This document shows positions 1-15,000 of a stretch of DNA of 64,000 nt, piece by piece. The notes under the pieces are model-generated. The model made no database searches and had not been told where the DNA came from. It saw nothing but the letters and a program-made list of their open reading frames with translations. A program made the translations under genes and the position numbers. The DNA is from Eledone cirrhosa (Eukaryota): contig OZ024740.1 of the NCBI GenBank assembly GCA_964016885.1, positions 442,804,001 through 442,868,000 of the forward strand, given 5' to 3'. Position 1 is the stretch's first letter. Each line of letters starts with the position of its first letter.

Positions 1-3000
1 ACTCCGTTATATACCGAGTGTCTTCCTGACACCCAGGGCAAGTAAACTCCGTTATATACCGAGTGTCTTCCTGACAGCGAGGGCAAGTAAAGCCCGTTAT
101 ATACCGAGTGTCTTCCTGACACCCAGGGCAAGTAAACCCCGTTATATACCGAGTGTCTTCCTGACAGCGAGGGCAAGTAAACCCCGTTATATACCGAGTG
201 TCTTCCTGACATCCAAGGCAAGTAAACTCTGTTATATACCGAGTGTCTTCCTGACACCCAGGGCAAGTAAACTCCGTTATATACCGAGTGTCTTCCTGAC
301 ACCCAGGGCAAGTAAACCCCGTTATATACCGAGTGTCTTCCTGACAGCGAGGGCAAGTAAACCCCGTTATATACCGAGTTTCTTCCTGACACCCAGGGCA
401 AGTAAACCCCGTTATATACCGAGTGTCTTCCTGACACCCAGGGCAAGAAAACCCCGTTATATACCGAGTCTCTTCCTGACACCCAGGGCAAGTAATCTCC
501 TATATATCAAGTGTCTTTCTGACACCCAGGGCAAGAAAACCCCGTTATATACCGAGTGTCTTCCTGACACCCAGGGCAAGTAAACCCCGTTATATACCGA
601 GTGTCTTCCTGACACCCAGGGCAAGTAAACCCCGTCATATACCGAGTGTCTTCCTGACACCCAGGGCAAATAAACCCCGTTATATACCGAGTGTCTTCCT
701 GACACCCAGGGCAAGTAAACTCCTTTATATATCAAGTGTCTTTCTGACACCCAGGGCAAGTAAAGCCCATTATATACCGAGTGTCTTCCTGACACCCAGG
801 GCAAGTAAACCCCGTTATATACCGAGTGTCTTCCTGACACCCAGGGCAAGTAAACTCCATTATATACCGAGTGTCTTCCTGACACCCAAGGCAAGTAAAC
901 TCCGTTATATACCGAGTGTCTTCCTGACACCCAGGGCAAGTAAACCCCGTTATATACCGAGTGTCTTCCTGACACCCAGGGCAAGTAAGCCCCGTTATAT
1001 ACTGAGTGTCTTCCTGACACCCAGGGCAAGTAAACCCCGTTATATACCAAGTGCCTTCCTGACACCCAGGGCAAGTAAACTCCGTTATATACCGAGTGTC
1101 TTCCTGACACCCAGGGCAAGTAAACTCCGTTATGTACCGAGTGTCTTCCTGACACCCAGAGCAAGTAAAGCCCGTTATATACCGAGTGTCTTCTTGACAC
1201 CCAGGGCAAGTAAACCCCGTTATATACCGAGTGTCTTCTTGACACCCAGGGCAAGTAAACCCCGATATATACCGAGTGTCTTCCTGACACCCAGGGCAAG
1301 TAAACTCCGTTATATACCGAATGTCTTCCTGACACCCAGGGCAAGTAAACCCCGTTATATACCAAGTGTCTTCTTGACACCCAGGGCAAGTAAACCCCGT
1401 TATATACCGAGTGTCTTCCTGACACCCAAGGCAAGTAAACTCCGTTATATACCGAGTGTCTTCCTGGCACCCAGGGCAAGTAAACCCCGTTATATACCGA
1501 GTGTCTTCCTGACACCCAGGGCAAGTAAACCCCGTTATATACCGAGTGTCTTCCTGACACCCAGGGCAAGTAAACCCCGTTATATACCGAGTGTCTTCCT
1601 GACACCCAGGGCAAGTAATCTCCTTTATATATCAAGTGTCTTTCTGACACCCAGGGCAAGTAAACCCCGTTATATACCGAGTGTCTTCCTGACACCCAGG
1701 GCAAGTAAACCCCGTTATATACCGAGTGTCTTCCTGACACCCAAGGCAAGTAAACTCCGTTATATACCGAGTGTCTTCCTGACACCCAGGGCTAGTAAAC
1801 CCCGTTATATACCGAGTGTCTTCCTGAAACCCAGGGCAAGTAAACTCCGTTATATACCGAGTGTCTTCCTGACAGCGAAGGCAAGTAAACCCCGTTATAT
1901 ACCGAGTGTCTTCCTGACACCCAAGGCAAGTAAACTCTGTTATATACCGAGTGTCTTCCTGACACCCAGGGCAAGTAATCTCCTTTATATATCAAGTGTC
2001 TTTCTGACACCCAGGGCAAGTAAAGCCCATTATATACCGAGTGTCTTCCTGACACCCAGGGCAAGTAAACCCCGTTATATACCGAGTGTCTTCCTGACAC
2101 CCAGGGCAAGTAAACTCCGTTATATACCGAGTGTCTTCCTGACACCCAAGGCAAGTAAACTCCGTTATATACCGAGTGTCTTCCTGACACCCAGGGCAAG
2201 TAAACCCCGTTATATACCGAGTGTCTTCCTGACACCCAGGGCAAGTAAGCCCCGTTATATACTCTAGTGTCTTCCTGACACCCAGGGCAAGTAAACCCCG
2301 TTATATACCAAGTGCCTTCCTGACACCCAGGGCAAGTAAACTCCGTTATATACCGAGTGTCTTCCTGACACCCAGGGCAAGTAAACTCCGTTATGTACCG
2401 AGTGTCTTCCTGACACCCAGAGCAAGTAAAGCCCGTTATATACCGAGTGTCTTCTTGACATCCAGGGCAAGTAAACCCCGTTATATACCGAGTGTCTTCT
2501 TGACACCCAGGTCAAGTAAACCCCGATATATACCGAGTGTCTTCCTGACACCCAGGGCAAGTAAACTCCGTTATATACCGAGTGTCTTCCTGACACCCAG
2601 GGCAAGTAAACCCCGTTATATACCAAGTGTCTTCTTGACACCCAGGGCAAGTAAACCCCGTTATATACCGAGTGTCTTCCTGACACCCAAGGCAAGTAAA
2701 CTCCGTTATATACCGAGTGTCTTCCTGGCACCCAGGGCAAGTAAACCCCGTTATATACCGAGTGTCTTCCTGACACCCAGGGCAAGTAAACCCCGTTATA
2801 TACCGAGTGTCTTCCTGACACCCAGGGCAAGTAATCTCCTTTATATATCAAGTGTCTTTCTGACACCCAGGGCAAGTAAACCCCGTTATATACCGAGTGT
2901 CTTCCTGACACCCAGGGCAAGTAAACCCCGTTATATACCGAGTGTCTTCCTGACACCCAAGGCAAGTAAGATCCGTTATATACCGAGTTTCTTCCTCACA

Positions 3001-6000
3001 CCCAGGGCAAGTAAACCCCGTTATATACCGAGTGTCTTCCTGACACCCAGGGCAAGTAAACTCCGTTATATACCGAGTGTCTTCCTGACAGCGAGGGCAA
3101 GTAAACCCCGTTATATACCGAGTGTCTTCCTGACACCCAAGGCAAGTAAACTCTGTTATATACCGAGTGTCTTCCTGACACCCAGGGCAAGTAAACTCCG
3201 TTATATACCGAGTGTCTTCCTGACACCCAGGGCAAGTAAAGCCCGTTATATACCGAGTGTCTTCTTGACACCCAGGGCAAGTAAACCCCGATATATACCG
3301 AGTGTCTTCCTGACACCCAGGGCAAGTAAACTCCGTTATATACCGAATGTCTTCCTGACACCCAGGGCAAGTAAACCCCGTTATATACCAAGTGTCTTCT
3401 TGACACCCAGGGCAAGTAAACCCCGTTATATACCGAGTGTCTTCCTGACACCCAAGGCAAGTAAACTCCGTTATATACCGAGTGTCTTCCTGGCACCCAG
3501 GGCAAGTAAACCCCGTTATATACCGAGTGTCTTCCTGACACCCAGGGCAAGTAAACCCCGTTATATACCGAGTGTCTTCCTGACACCCAGGGCAAGTAAA
3601 CCCCGTTATATACCGAGTGTCTTCCTGACACCCAGGGCAAGTAATCTCCTTTATATATCAAGTGTCTTTCTGACACCCAGGGCAAGTAAACCCCGTTATA
3701 TACCGAGTGTCTTCCTGACACCCAGGGCAAGTAAACCCCGTTATATACCGAGTGTCTTCCTGACACCCAAGGCAAGTAAACTCCGTTATATACCGAGTGT
3801 CTTCCTGACACCCAGGGCTAGTAAACCCCGTTATATACCGAGTGTCTTCCTGAAACCCAGGGCAAGTAAACTCCGTTATATACCGAGTGTCTTCCTGACA
3901 GCGAGGGCAAGTAAACCCCGTTATATACCGAGTGTCTTCCTGACACCCAAGGCAAGTAAACTCTGTTATATACCGAGTGTCTTCCTGACACCCAGGGCAA
4001 GTAATCTCCTTTATATATCAAGTGTCTTTCTGACACCCAGGGCAAGTAAAGCCCATTATATACCGAGTGTCTTCCTGACACCCAGGGCAAGTAAACCCCG
4101 TTATATACCGAGTGTCTTCCTGACACCCAGGGCAAGTAAACTCCGTTATATACCGAGTGTCTTCCTGACACCCAAGGCAAGTAAACTCCGTTATATACCG
4201 AGTGTCTTCCTGGCACCCAGGGCAAGTAAACCCCGTTATATACCGAGTGTCTTCTTGACACCCAGGGCAAGTAAACCCCGTTATATACCGAGTGTCTTCC
4301 TGACACCCAAGGCAAGTAAACTCCGTTATATACCGAGTGTCTTCCTGGCACCCAGGGCAAGTAAACCCCGTTATATACCGAGTGTCTTCCTGACACCCAG
4401 GGCAAGTAAACCCCGTTATATACCGAGTGTCTTCCTGACACCCAGGGCAAGTAATCTCCTTTATATATCAAGTGTCTTTCTGACACCCAGGGCAAGTAAA
4501 CCCCGTTATATACCGAGTGTCTTCCTGACACCCAGGGCAAGTAAACCCCGTTATATACCGAGTGTCTTCCTGACACCCAAGGCTAGTAAACTCCGTTATA
4601 TACCGAGTGTCTTCCTGACACCCAGGGCAAGTAAACTCCGTTATATACCGAGTGTCTTCCTGACAGCGAGGGCAAGTAAAGCCCGTTATATACCGAGTGT
4701 CTTCCTGACACCCAGGGCAAGTAAACCCCGTTATATACCGAGTGTCTTCCTGACAGCGAGGGCAAGTAAACCCCGTTATATACCGAGTGTCTTCCTGACA
4801 TCCAAGGCAAGTAAACTCTGTTATATACCGAGTGTCTTCCTGACACCCAGGGCAAGTAAACTCCGTTATATACCGAGTGTCTTCCTGACACACAGGGCAA
4901 GTAAAGCCCGTTATATACCGAGTGTCTTCCTGACACCCAGGGCAAGTAAACCCCGTTATATACCGAGTGTCTTCCTGACAGCGAGGGCAAGTAAACCCCG
5001 TTATATACCGAGTTTCTTCCTGACACCCAGGGCAAGTAAACCCCGTTATATACCGAGTGTCTTCCTGACACCCAGGGCAAGAAAACCCCGTTATATACCG
5101 AGTCTCTTCCTGACACCCAGGGCAAGTAATCTCGTATATATCAAGTGTCTTTCTGACACCCAGGGCAAGAAAACCCCGTTATATACCGAGTGTCTTCCTG
5201 ACACCCAGGGCAAGTAAACCCCGTTATATACCGAGTGTCTTCCTGACACCCAGGGCAAGTAAACCCCGTCATATACCGAGTGTCTTCCTGACACCCAGGG
5301 CAAATAAACCCCGTTATATACCGAGTGTCTTCCTGACACCCAGGGCAAGTAAACTCCTTTATATATCAAGTGTCTTTCTGACACCCAGGGCAAGTAAAGC
5401 CCATTATATACCGAGTGTCTTCCTGACACCCAGGGCAAGTAAACCCCGTTATATACCGAGTGTCTTCCTGACACCCAGGGCAAGTAAACTCCATTATATA
5501 CCGAGTGTCTTCCTGACACCCAAGGCAAGTAAACTCCGTTATATACCGAGTGTCTTCCTGACACCCAGGGCAAGTAAACCCCGTTATATACCGAGTGTCT
5601 TCCTGACACCCAGGGCAAGTAAGCCCCGTTATATACTGAGTGTCTTCCTGACACCCAGGGCAAGTAAACCCCGTTATATACCAAGTGCCTTCCTGACACC
5701 CAGGGCAAGTAAACTCCGTTATATACCGAGTGTCTTCCTGACACCCAGGGCAAGTAAACTCCGTTATGTACCGAGTGTCTTCCTGACACCCAGAGCAAGT
5801 AAAGCCCGTTATATACCGAGTGTCTTCTTGACACCCAGGGCAAGTAAACCCCGTTATATACCGAGTGTCTTCTTGACACCCAGGGCAAGTAAACCCCGAT
5901 ATATACCGAGTGTCTTCCTGACACCCAGGGCAAGTAAACTCCGTTATATACCGAATGTCTTCCTGACACCCAGGGCAAGTAAACCCCGTTATATACCAAG

Positions 6001-9000
6001 TGTCTTCTTGACACCCAGGGCAAGTAAACCCCGTTATATACCGAGTGACTTCCTGACACCCAAGGCAAGTAAACTCCGTTATATACCGAGTGTCTTCCTG
6101 GCACCCAGGGCAAGTAAACCCCGTTATATACCGAGTGTCTTCCTGACACCCAGGGCAAGTAAACCCCGTTATATACCGAGTGTCTTCCTGACACCCAGGG
6201 CAAGTAAACCCCGTTATATACCGAGTGTCTTCCTGACACCCAGGGCAAGTAATCTCCTTTATATATCAAGTGTCTTTCTGACACCCAGGGCAAGTAAACC
6301 CCGTTATATACCGAGTGTCTTCCTGACACCCAGGGCAAGTAAACCCCGTTATATACCGAGTGTCTTCCTGACACCCAAGGCAAGTAAACTCCGTTATATA
6401 CCGAGTGTCTTCCTGACACCCAGGGCTAGTAAACCCCGTTATATACCGAGTGTCTTCCTGAAACCCAGGGCAAGTAAACTCCGTTATATACCGAGTGTCT
6501 TCCTGACAGCGAGGGCAAGTAAACCCCGTTATATACCGAGTGTCTTCCTGACACCCAAGGCAAGTAAACTCTGTTATATACCGAGTGTCTTCCTGACACC
6601 CAGGGCAAGTAATCTCCTTTATATATCAAGTGTCTTTCTGACACCCAGGGCAAGTAAAGCCCATTATATACCGAGTGTCTTCCTGACACCCAGGGCAAGT
6701 AAACCCCGTTATATACCGAGTGTCTTCCTGACACCCAGGGCAAGTAAACTCCGTTATATACCGAGTGTCTTCCTGACACCCAAGGCAAGTAAACTCCGTT
6801 ATATACCGAGTGTCTTCCTGACACCCAGGGCAAGTAAACCCCGTTATATACCGAGTGTCTTCCTGACACCCAGGGCAAGTAAGCCCCGTTATATACTCTA
6901 GTGTCTTCCTGACACCCAGGGCAAGTAAACCCCGTTATATACCAAGTGCCTTCCTGACACCCAGGGCAAGTAAACTCCGTTATATACCGAGTGTCTTCCT
7001 GACACCCAGGGCAAGTAAACTCCGTTATGTACCGAGTGTCTTCCTGACACCCAGAGCAAGTAAAGCCCGTTATATACCGAGTGTCTTCTTGACACCCAGG
7101 GCAAGTAAACCCCGTTATATACCGAGTGTCTTCTTGACACCCAGGTCAAGTAAACCCCGATATATACCGAGTGTCTTCCTGACACCCAGGGCAAGTAAAC
7201 CCCGTTATATACCGAGTGTCTTCCTGACACCCAAGGCAAGTAAACTCCGTTATATACCGAGTGTCTTCCTGACACCCAGGGCAAGTAAACCCCGTTATAT
7301 ACCGAGTGTCTTCCTGACACCCAAGGCAAGTAAGATCCGTTATATACCGAGTTTCTTCCTCACACCCAGGGCAAGTAAACCCCGTTATATACCGAGTGTC
7401 TTCCTGACACCCAGGGCAAGTAAACTCCGTTATATACCGAGTGTCTTCCTGACAGCGAGGGCAAGTAAACCCCGTTATATACCGAGTGTCTTCCTGACAC
7501 CCAAGGCAAGTAAACTCTGTTATATACCGAGTGTCTTCCTGACACCCAGGGCAAGTAAACTCCGTTATATACCGAGTGTCTTCCTGACACCCAGGGCAAG
7601 TAAAGCCCGTTATATACCGAGTGTCTTCTTGACACCCAGGGCAAGTAAACCCCGATATATACCGAGTGTCTTCCTGACACCCAGGGCAAGTAAACTCCGT
7701 TATATACCGAACGTCTTCCTGACACCCAGGGCAAGTAAACCCCGTTATATACCAAGTGTCTTCTTGACACCCAGGGCAAGTAAACCCCGTTATATACCGA
7801 GTGTCTTCCTGACACCCAAGGCAAGTAAACTCCGTTATATACCGAGTGTCTTCCTGGCACCCAGGGCAAGTAAACCCCGTTATATACCGAGTGTCTTCCT
7901 GACACCCAGGGCAAGTAAACCCCGTTATATACCGAGTGTCTTCCTGACACCCAGGGCAAGTAAACCCCGTTATATACCGAGTGTCTTCCTGACACCCAGG
8001 GCAAGTAATCTCCTTTATATATCAAGTGTCTTTCTGACACCCAGGGCAAGTAAACCCCGTTATATACCGAGTGTCTTCCTGACACCCAGGGCAAGTAAAC
8101 CCCGTTATATACCGAGTGTCTTCCTGACACCCAAGGCAAGTAAACTCCGTTATATACCGAGTGTCTTCCTGACACCCAGGGCTAGTAAACCCCGTTATAT
8201 ACCGAGTGTCTTCCTGAAACCCAGGGCAAGTAAACTCCGTTATATACCGAGTGTCTTCCTGACAGCGAGGGCAAGTAAACCCCGTTATATACCGAGTGTC
8301 TTCCTGACACCCAAGGCAAGTAAACTCTGTTATATACCGAGTGTCTTCCTCACACCCAGGGCAAGTAATCTCCTTTATATATCAAGTGTCTTTCTGACAC
8401 CCAGGGCAAGTAAAGCCCATTATATACCGAGTGTCTTCCTGACACCCAGGGCAAGTAAACCCCGTTATATACCGAGTGTCTTCCTGACACCCAGGGCAAG
8501 TAAACTCCGTTATATACCGAGTGTCTTCCTGACACCCAAGGCAAGTAAACTCCGTTATATACCGAGTGTCTTCCTGACACCCAGGGCAAGTAAACCCCGT
8601 TATATACCGAGTGTCTTCCTGACACCCAGGGCAAGTAAGCCCCGTTATATACTCTAGTGTCTTCCTGACACCCAGGGCAAGTAAACCCCGTTATATACCA
8701 AGTGCCTTCCTGACACCCAGGGCAAGTAAACTCCGTTATATACCGAGTGTCTTCCTGACACCCAGGGCAAGTAAACTCCGTTATGTACCGAGTGTCTTCC
8801 TGACACCCAGAGCAAGTAAAGCCCGTTATATACCGAGTGTCTTCTTGACACCCAGGGCAAGTAAACCCCGTTATATACCGAGTGTCTTCTTGACACCCAG
8901 GGCAAGAAAACCCCGATATATACCGAGTGTCTTCCTGACACCCAGGGCAAGTAAACTCCGTTATATACCGAGTGTCTTCCTGACACCCAGGGCAAGTAAA

Positions 9001-12000
9001 CCCCGTTATATACCAAGTGTCTTCTTGACACCCAGGGCAAGTAAACCCCGTTATATACCGAGTGTCTTCCTGACACCCAAGGCAAGTAAACTCCGTTATA
9101 TACCGAGTGTCTTCCTGGCACCCAGGGCAAGTAAACCCCGTTATATACCGAGTGTCTTCCTGACACCCAGGGCAAGTAAACCCCGTTATATACCGAGTGT
9201 CTTCCTGACACCCAGGGCAAGTAATCTCCTTTATATATCAAGTGTCTTTCTGAACCCAGGGCAAGTAAACCCCGTTATATACCGAGTGTCTTCCTGACAC
9301 CCAGGGCAAGTAAACCCCGTTATATACCGAGTGTCTTCCTGACACCCAAGGCAAGTAAACTCCGTTATATACCGAGTTTCTTCCTCACACCCAGGGCAAG
9401 TAAACCCCGTTATATACCGAGTGTCTTCCTGACACCCAGGGCAAGTAAACTCCGTTATATACCGAGTGTCTTCCTGACAGCGAGGGCAAGTAAACCCCGT
9501 TATATACCGAGTGTCTTCCTGACACCCAAGGCAAGTAAACTCTGTTATATACCGAGTGTCTTCCTGACACCCAGGGCAAGTAAACTCCGTTATATACCGA
9601 GTGTCTTCCTGACACCCAGGGCAAGTAAAGCCCGTTATATACCGAGTGTCTTCCTGACACCCAGGGCAAGTAAACCCCGTTATATACCGAGTGTCTTCCT
9701 GACATCGAGGGCAAGTAAACCCCGTTATATACCGAGTGTCTTCCTGACATCCAAGGCAAGTAAACTCTGTTATATACCGAGTGTCTTCCTGACACCCAGG
9801 GCAAGTAAACTCCGTTATATACCGAGTGTCTTCCTGACACCCAGGGCAAGTAAAGCCCGTTATATACCGAGTGTCTTCCTGACACCCAGGGCAAGCAAAC
9901 CCCGTTATATACCGAGTGTCTTCCTGACAGCGAGGGCAAGTAAACCCCGTTATATACCGAGTTTCTTCCTGACACCCAGGGCAAGTAAACCCCGTTATAT
10001 ACCGAGTGTCTTCCTGACACCCAGGGCAAGTAATCTCCTATATATCAAGTGTCTTTCTGACACCCAGGGCAAGAAAACCCCGTTATATACCGAGTGTCTT
10101 CCTGACACCCAGGGCAAGTAAACCCCGTTATATACCGAGTGTCTTCCTGACACCCAGGGCAAGTAAACCCCGTCATATACCGAGTGTCTTCCTGACACCC
10201 AGGGCAAATAAACCCCGTTATATACCGAGTGTCTTCCTGACACCCAGGGCAAGTAAACTCCTTTATGTATCAAGTGTCTTTCTGACACCCAGGGCAAGTA
10301 AAGCCCATTATATACCGAGTGTCTTCCTGACACCCAGGGCAAGTAAACCCCGTTATATACCGAGTGTCTTCCTGACACCCAGGGCAAGTAAACTCCGTTA
10401 TATACCGAGTGTCTTCCTGACACCCAAGGCAAGTAAACTCCGTTATATACCGAGTGTCTTCCTGACACCCAGGGCAAGTAAACCCCGTTATATACCGAGT
10501 GTCTTCCTGACACCCAGGGCAAGTAAGCCCCGTTATATACTGAGTGTCTTCCTGACACCCAGGGCAAGTAAACCCCGTTATATACCAAGTGCCTTCCTGA
10601 CACCCAGGGCAAGTAAACCCCGATATATACCGAGTGTCTTCCTGACACCCAAGGCAAGTAAACTCCGTTATATACCGAATGTCTTCCTGACACCCAGGGC
10701 AAGTAAACCCCGTTATATACCAAGTGTCTTCTTGACACCCAGGGCAAGTAAACCCCGTTATATACCGAGTGTCTTCCTGACACCCAAGGCAAGTAAACTC
10801 CGTTATATACCGAGTGTCTTCCTGGCACCCAGCGCAAGTAAACCCCGTTATATACCGATTGTCTTCCTGACACCCAGGGCAAGTAAACCCCGTTATATAC
10901 CGAGTGTCTTCCTGACACCCAGGGCAAGTAATCTCCTTTATATATCAAGTGTCTTTCTGACACCCAGGGCAAGTAAACCCCGTTATATACCGAGTGTCTT
11001 CCTGACACCCAGAGCAAGTAAACCCCGTTATATACCGAGTGTCTTCCTGACACCCAAGGCAAGTAAACTCCGTTATATACCGAGTGTCTTCCTGACACCC
11101 AGGGCTAGTAAACCCCGTTATATACCGAGTGTCTTCCTGAAACCCAGGGCAAGTAAACTCCGTTATATACCGAGTGTCTTCCTGACAGCGAGGGCAAGTA
11201 AACCCCGTTATATACCGAGTGTCTTCCTGACACCCAAGGCAAGTAAACTCTGTTATATACCGAGTGTCTTCCTGACACCCAGGGCAAGTAAACTCCGTTA
11301 TATACCGAGTGTCTTCCTGACACCAGGGCAAGTAAAGCCCGTTATATACCGAGTGTCTTCCTGACACCCAGGGCAAGTAAACCCCGTTATATACCGAGTG
11401 TCTTCCTGACAGCGAGGGCAAGTAAAACCCGTTATATACCGAGTGTCTTCCTGACACCCAGGGCAAGTAAACCCCGTTATATACCGAGTGTCTTCCTGAC
11501 AGCCAGGGCAAGAAAACCCCGTTATATACCGAGTGTCTTCCTGACACCCAGGGCAAGTAATCTCCTATATATCAAGTGTCTTTCTGACACCCAGGGCAAG
11601 AAAACCCCGTTATATACCGAGTGTCTTCCTGACACCCAGGGCAAGTAAACCCCGTTATATACCGAGTGTCTTCCTGACACCCAGGGCAAGTAAAGCCCGT
11701 TATATACCGAGTGTCTTCCTGACACCCAGGGCAAGTAAACCCCGTTATATACCGAGTGTCTTCCTGACAGCGAGGGCAAGTAAACCCCTTTATATACCGA
11801 GTGTCTTCCTGACATCCAAGGCAAGTAAACCCCGTTATATACCGAGTGTCTTCCTGACACCCAGGGCAAGTAAACCCCGTCATATACCGAGTGTCTTCCT
11901 GACACCCAGGGCAAGTAATCTCCTTTATATATCAAGTGTCTTTCTGACACCCAGGGCAAGTAAAGCCAATTATATACCGAGTGTCTTCCTGACACCCAGG

Positions 12001-15000
12001 GCAAGTATATCCCGTTATATACCGAGTGTCTTCCTGACACCCAGGGCAAGTAAACTCCGTTATATACCGAGTGTCTTCCTGACACCCAAGGCAAGTAAAC
12101 TCCGTTATATACCGAGTGTCTTCCTGACAACCAGGGCAAGTAAACCCCATTATATACCGAGTGTCTTCCTGACACCCAGGGCAAGTAAGCCCCGTTATAT
12201 ACTGAGTGTCTTCCTGACACCCAGGGCAAGTAATCTCCTTTATATATCAAGTGTTTTCTGACACCCAGGGCAAGTAAACCCCGTTATATACCGAGTGTCT
12301 TCCTGACACCCAGGGCAAGTAAACCCCGTTATATACCGAGTGTCTTCCTGACACCCAGGGCAAGTAAAGCCCGTTATATACCGAGTGTCTTCCTGACACC
12401 CAAGGCAAGTAAACTCCGTTATATACCGAGTGTCTTCCTGACACCCAGGGCAAGTAAACCCCGTTATATACCGAGTGTCTTCCTGACAGCGAGGGCAAGT
12501 AAACTCCGTTATATACCGAACGTCTTCCTGACACCCAAGGCAAGTAAGATCCGTTATATACCGAGTTTCTTCCTCACACCCAGGGCAAGTAAACCCCGTT
12601 ATATACCGAGTGTCTTCCTGACACCCAGGGCAAGTAAACTCCGTTATATACCGAGTGTCTTCCTGACAGCGAGGGCAAGTAAACCCCGTTATATACCGAG
12701 TGTCTTCCTGACACCCAAGGCAAGTAAACTCTGTTATATACCGAGTGTCTTCCTGACACCCAGGGCAAGTAAACTCCGTTATATACCGAGTGTCTTCCTG
12801 ACACCCAGGGCAAGTAAAGCCCGTTATATACCGAGTGTCTTCTTGACACCCAGGGCAAGTAAACCCCGATATATACCGAGTGTCTTCCTGACACCCAGGG
12901 CAAGTAAACTCCGTTATATACCGAACGTCTTCCTGACACCCAGGGCAAGTAAACCCCGTTATATACCAAGTGTCTTCTTGACACCCAGGGCAAGTAAACC
13001 CCGTTATATACCGAGTGTCTTCCTGACACCCAAGGCAAGTAAACTCCGTTATATACCGAGTGTCTTCCTGGCACCCAGGGCAAGTAAACCCCGTTATATA
13101 CCGAGTGTCTTCCTGACACCCAGGGCAAGTAAACCCCGTTATATACCGAGTGTCTTCCTGACACCCAGGGCAAGTAAACCCCGTTATATACCGAGTGTCT
13201 TCCTGACACCCAGGGCAAGTAATCTCCTTTATATATCAAGTGTCTTTCTGACACCCAGGGCAAGTAAACCCCGTTATATACCGAGTGTCTTCCTGACACC
13301 CAGGGCAAGTAAACCCCGTTATATACCGAGTGTCTTCCTGACACCCAAGGCAAGTAAACTCCGTTATATACCGAGTGTCTTCCTGACACCCAGGGCTAGT
13401 AAACCCCGTTATATACCGAGTGTCTTCCTGAAACCCAGGGCAAGTAAACTCCGTTATATACCGAGTGTCTTCCTGACAGCGAGGGCAAGTAAACCCCGTT
13501 ATATACCGAGTGTCTTCCTGACACCCAAGGCAAGTAAACTCTGTTATATACCGAGTGTCTTCCTCACACCCAGGGCAAGTAATCTCCTTTATATATCAAG
13601 TGTCTTTCTGACACCCAGGGCAAGTAAAGCCCATTATATACCGAGTGTCTTCCTCACACCCAGGGCAAGTAAACCCCGTTATATACCGAGTGTCTTCCTG
13701 ACACCCAGGGCAAGTAAACTCCGTTATATACCGAGTGTCTTCCTGACACCCAAGGCAAGTAAACTCCGTTATATACCGAGTGTCTTCCTGACACCCAGGG
13801 CAAGTAAACCCCGTTATATACCGAGTGTCTTCCTGACACCCAGGGCAAGTAAGCCCCGTTATATACTCTAGTGTCTTCCTGACACCCAGGGCAAGTAAAC
13901 CCCGTTATATACCAAGTGCCTTCCTGACACCCAGGGCAAGTAAACTCCGTTATATACCGAGTGTCTTCCTGACACCCAGGGCAAGTAAACTCCGTTATGT
14001 ACCGAGTGTCTTCCTGACACGCAGAGCAAGTAAAGCCCGTTATATACCGAGTGTCTTCTTGACACCCAGGGCAAGTAAACCCCGTTATATACCGAGTGTC
14101 TTCTTGACACCCAGGGCAAGTAAACCCCGATATATACCGAGTGTCTTCCTGACACCCAGGGCAAGTAAACTCCGTTATATACCGAGTGTCTTCCTGACAC
14201 CCAGGGCAAGTAAACCCCGTTATATACCAAGTGTCTTCTTGACACCCAGGGCAAGTAAACCCCGTTATATACCGAGTGTCTTCCTGACACCCAAGGCAAG
14301 TAAACTCCGTTATATACCGAGTGTCTTCCTGGCACCCAGGGCAAGTAAACCCCGTTATATACCGAGTGTCTTCCTGACACCCAGGGCAAGTAAACCCCGT
14401 TATATACCGAGTGTCTTCCTGACACCCAGGGCAAGTAATCTCCTTTATATATCAAGTGTCTTTCTGAACCCAGGGCAAGTAAACCCCGTTATATACCGAG
14501 TGTCTTCCTGACACCCAGGGCAAGTAAACCCCGTTATATACCGAGTGTCTTCCTGACACCCAAGGCAAGTAAACTCCGTTATATACCGAGTTTCTTCCTC
14601 ACACCCAGGGCAAGTAAACCCCGTTATATACCGAGTGTCTTCCTGACACCCAGGTCAAGTAAACTCCGTTATATACCGAGTGTCTTCCTGACAGCGAGGG
14701 CAAGTAAACCCCGTTATATACCCAGTGTCTTCCTGACACCCAAGGCAAGTAAACTCTGTTATATACCGAGTGTCTTCCTGACACCCAGGGCAAGTAAACT
14801 CCGTTATATACCGAGTGTCTTCCTGACACCCAGGGCAAGTAAAGCCCGTTATATACCGAGTGTCTTCCTGACACCCAGGGCAAGTAAACCCCGTTATATA
14901 CCGAGTGTCTTCCTGACAGCGAGGGCAAGTAAACCCCGTTATATACCGAGTGTCTTCCTGACATCCAAGGCAAGTAAACTCTGTTATATACCGAGTGTCT

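Noticed and set aside
4468-4893. CPGC repeats as a zinc-finger array
   Set aside because: The 15-aa period has no His pair or second CxxC in finger spacing, and the frame is repeatedly broken by stops.
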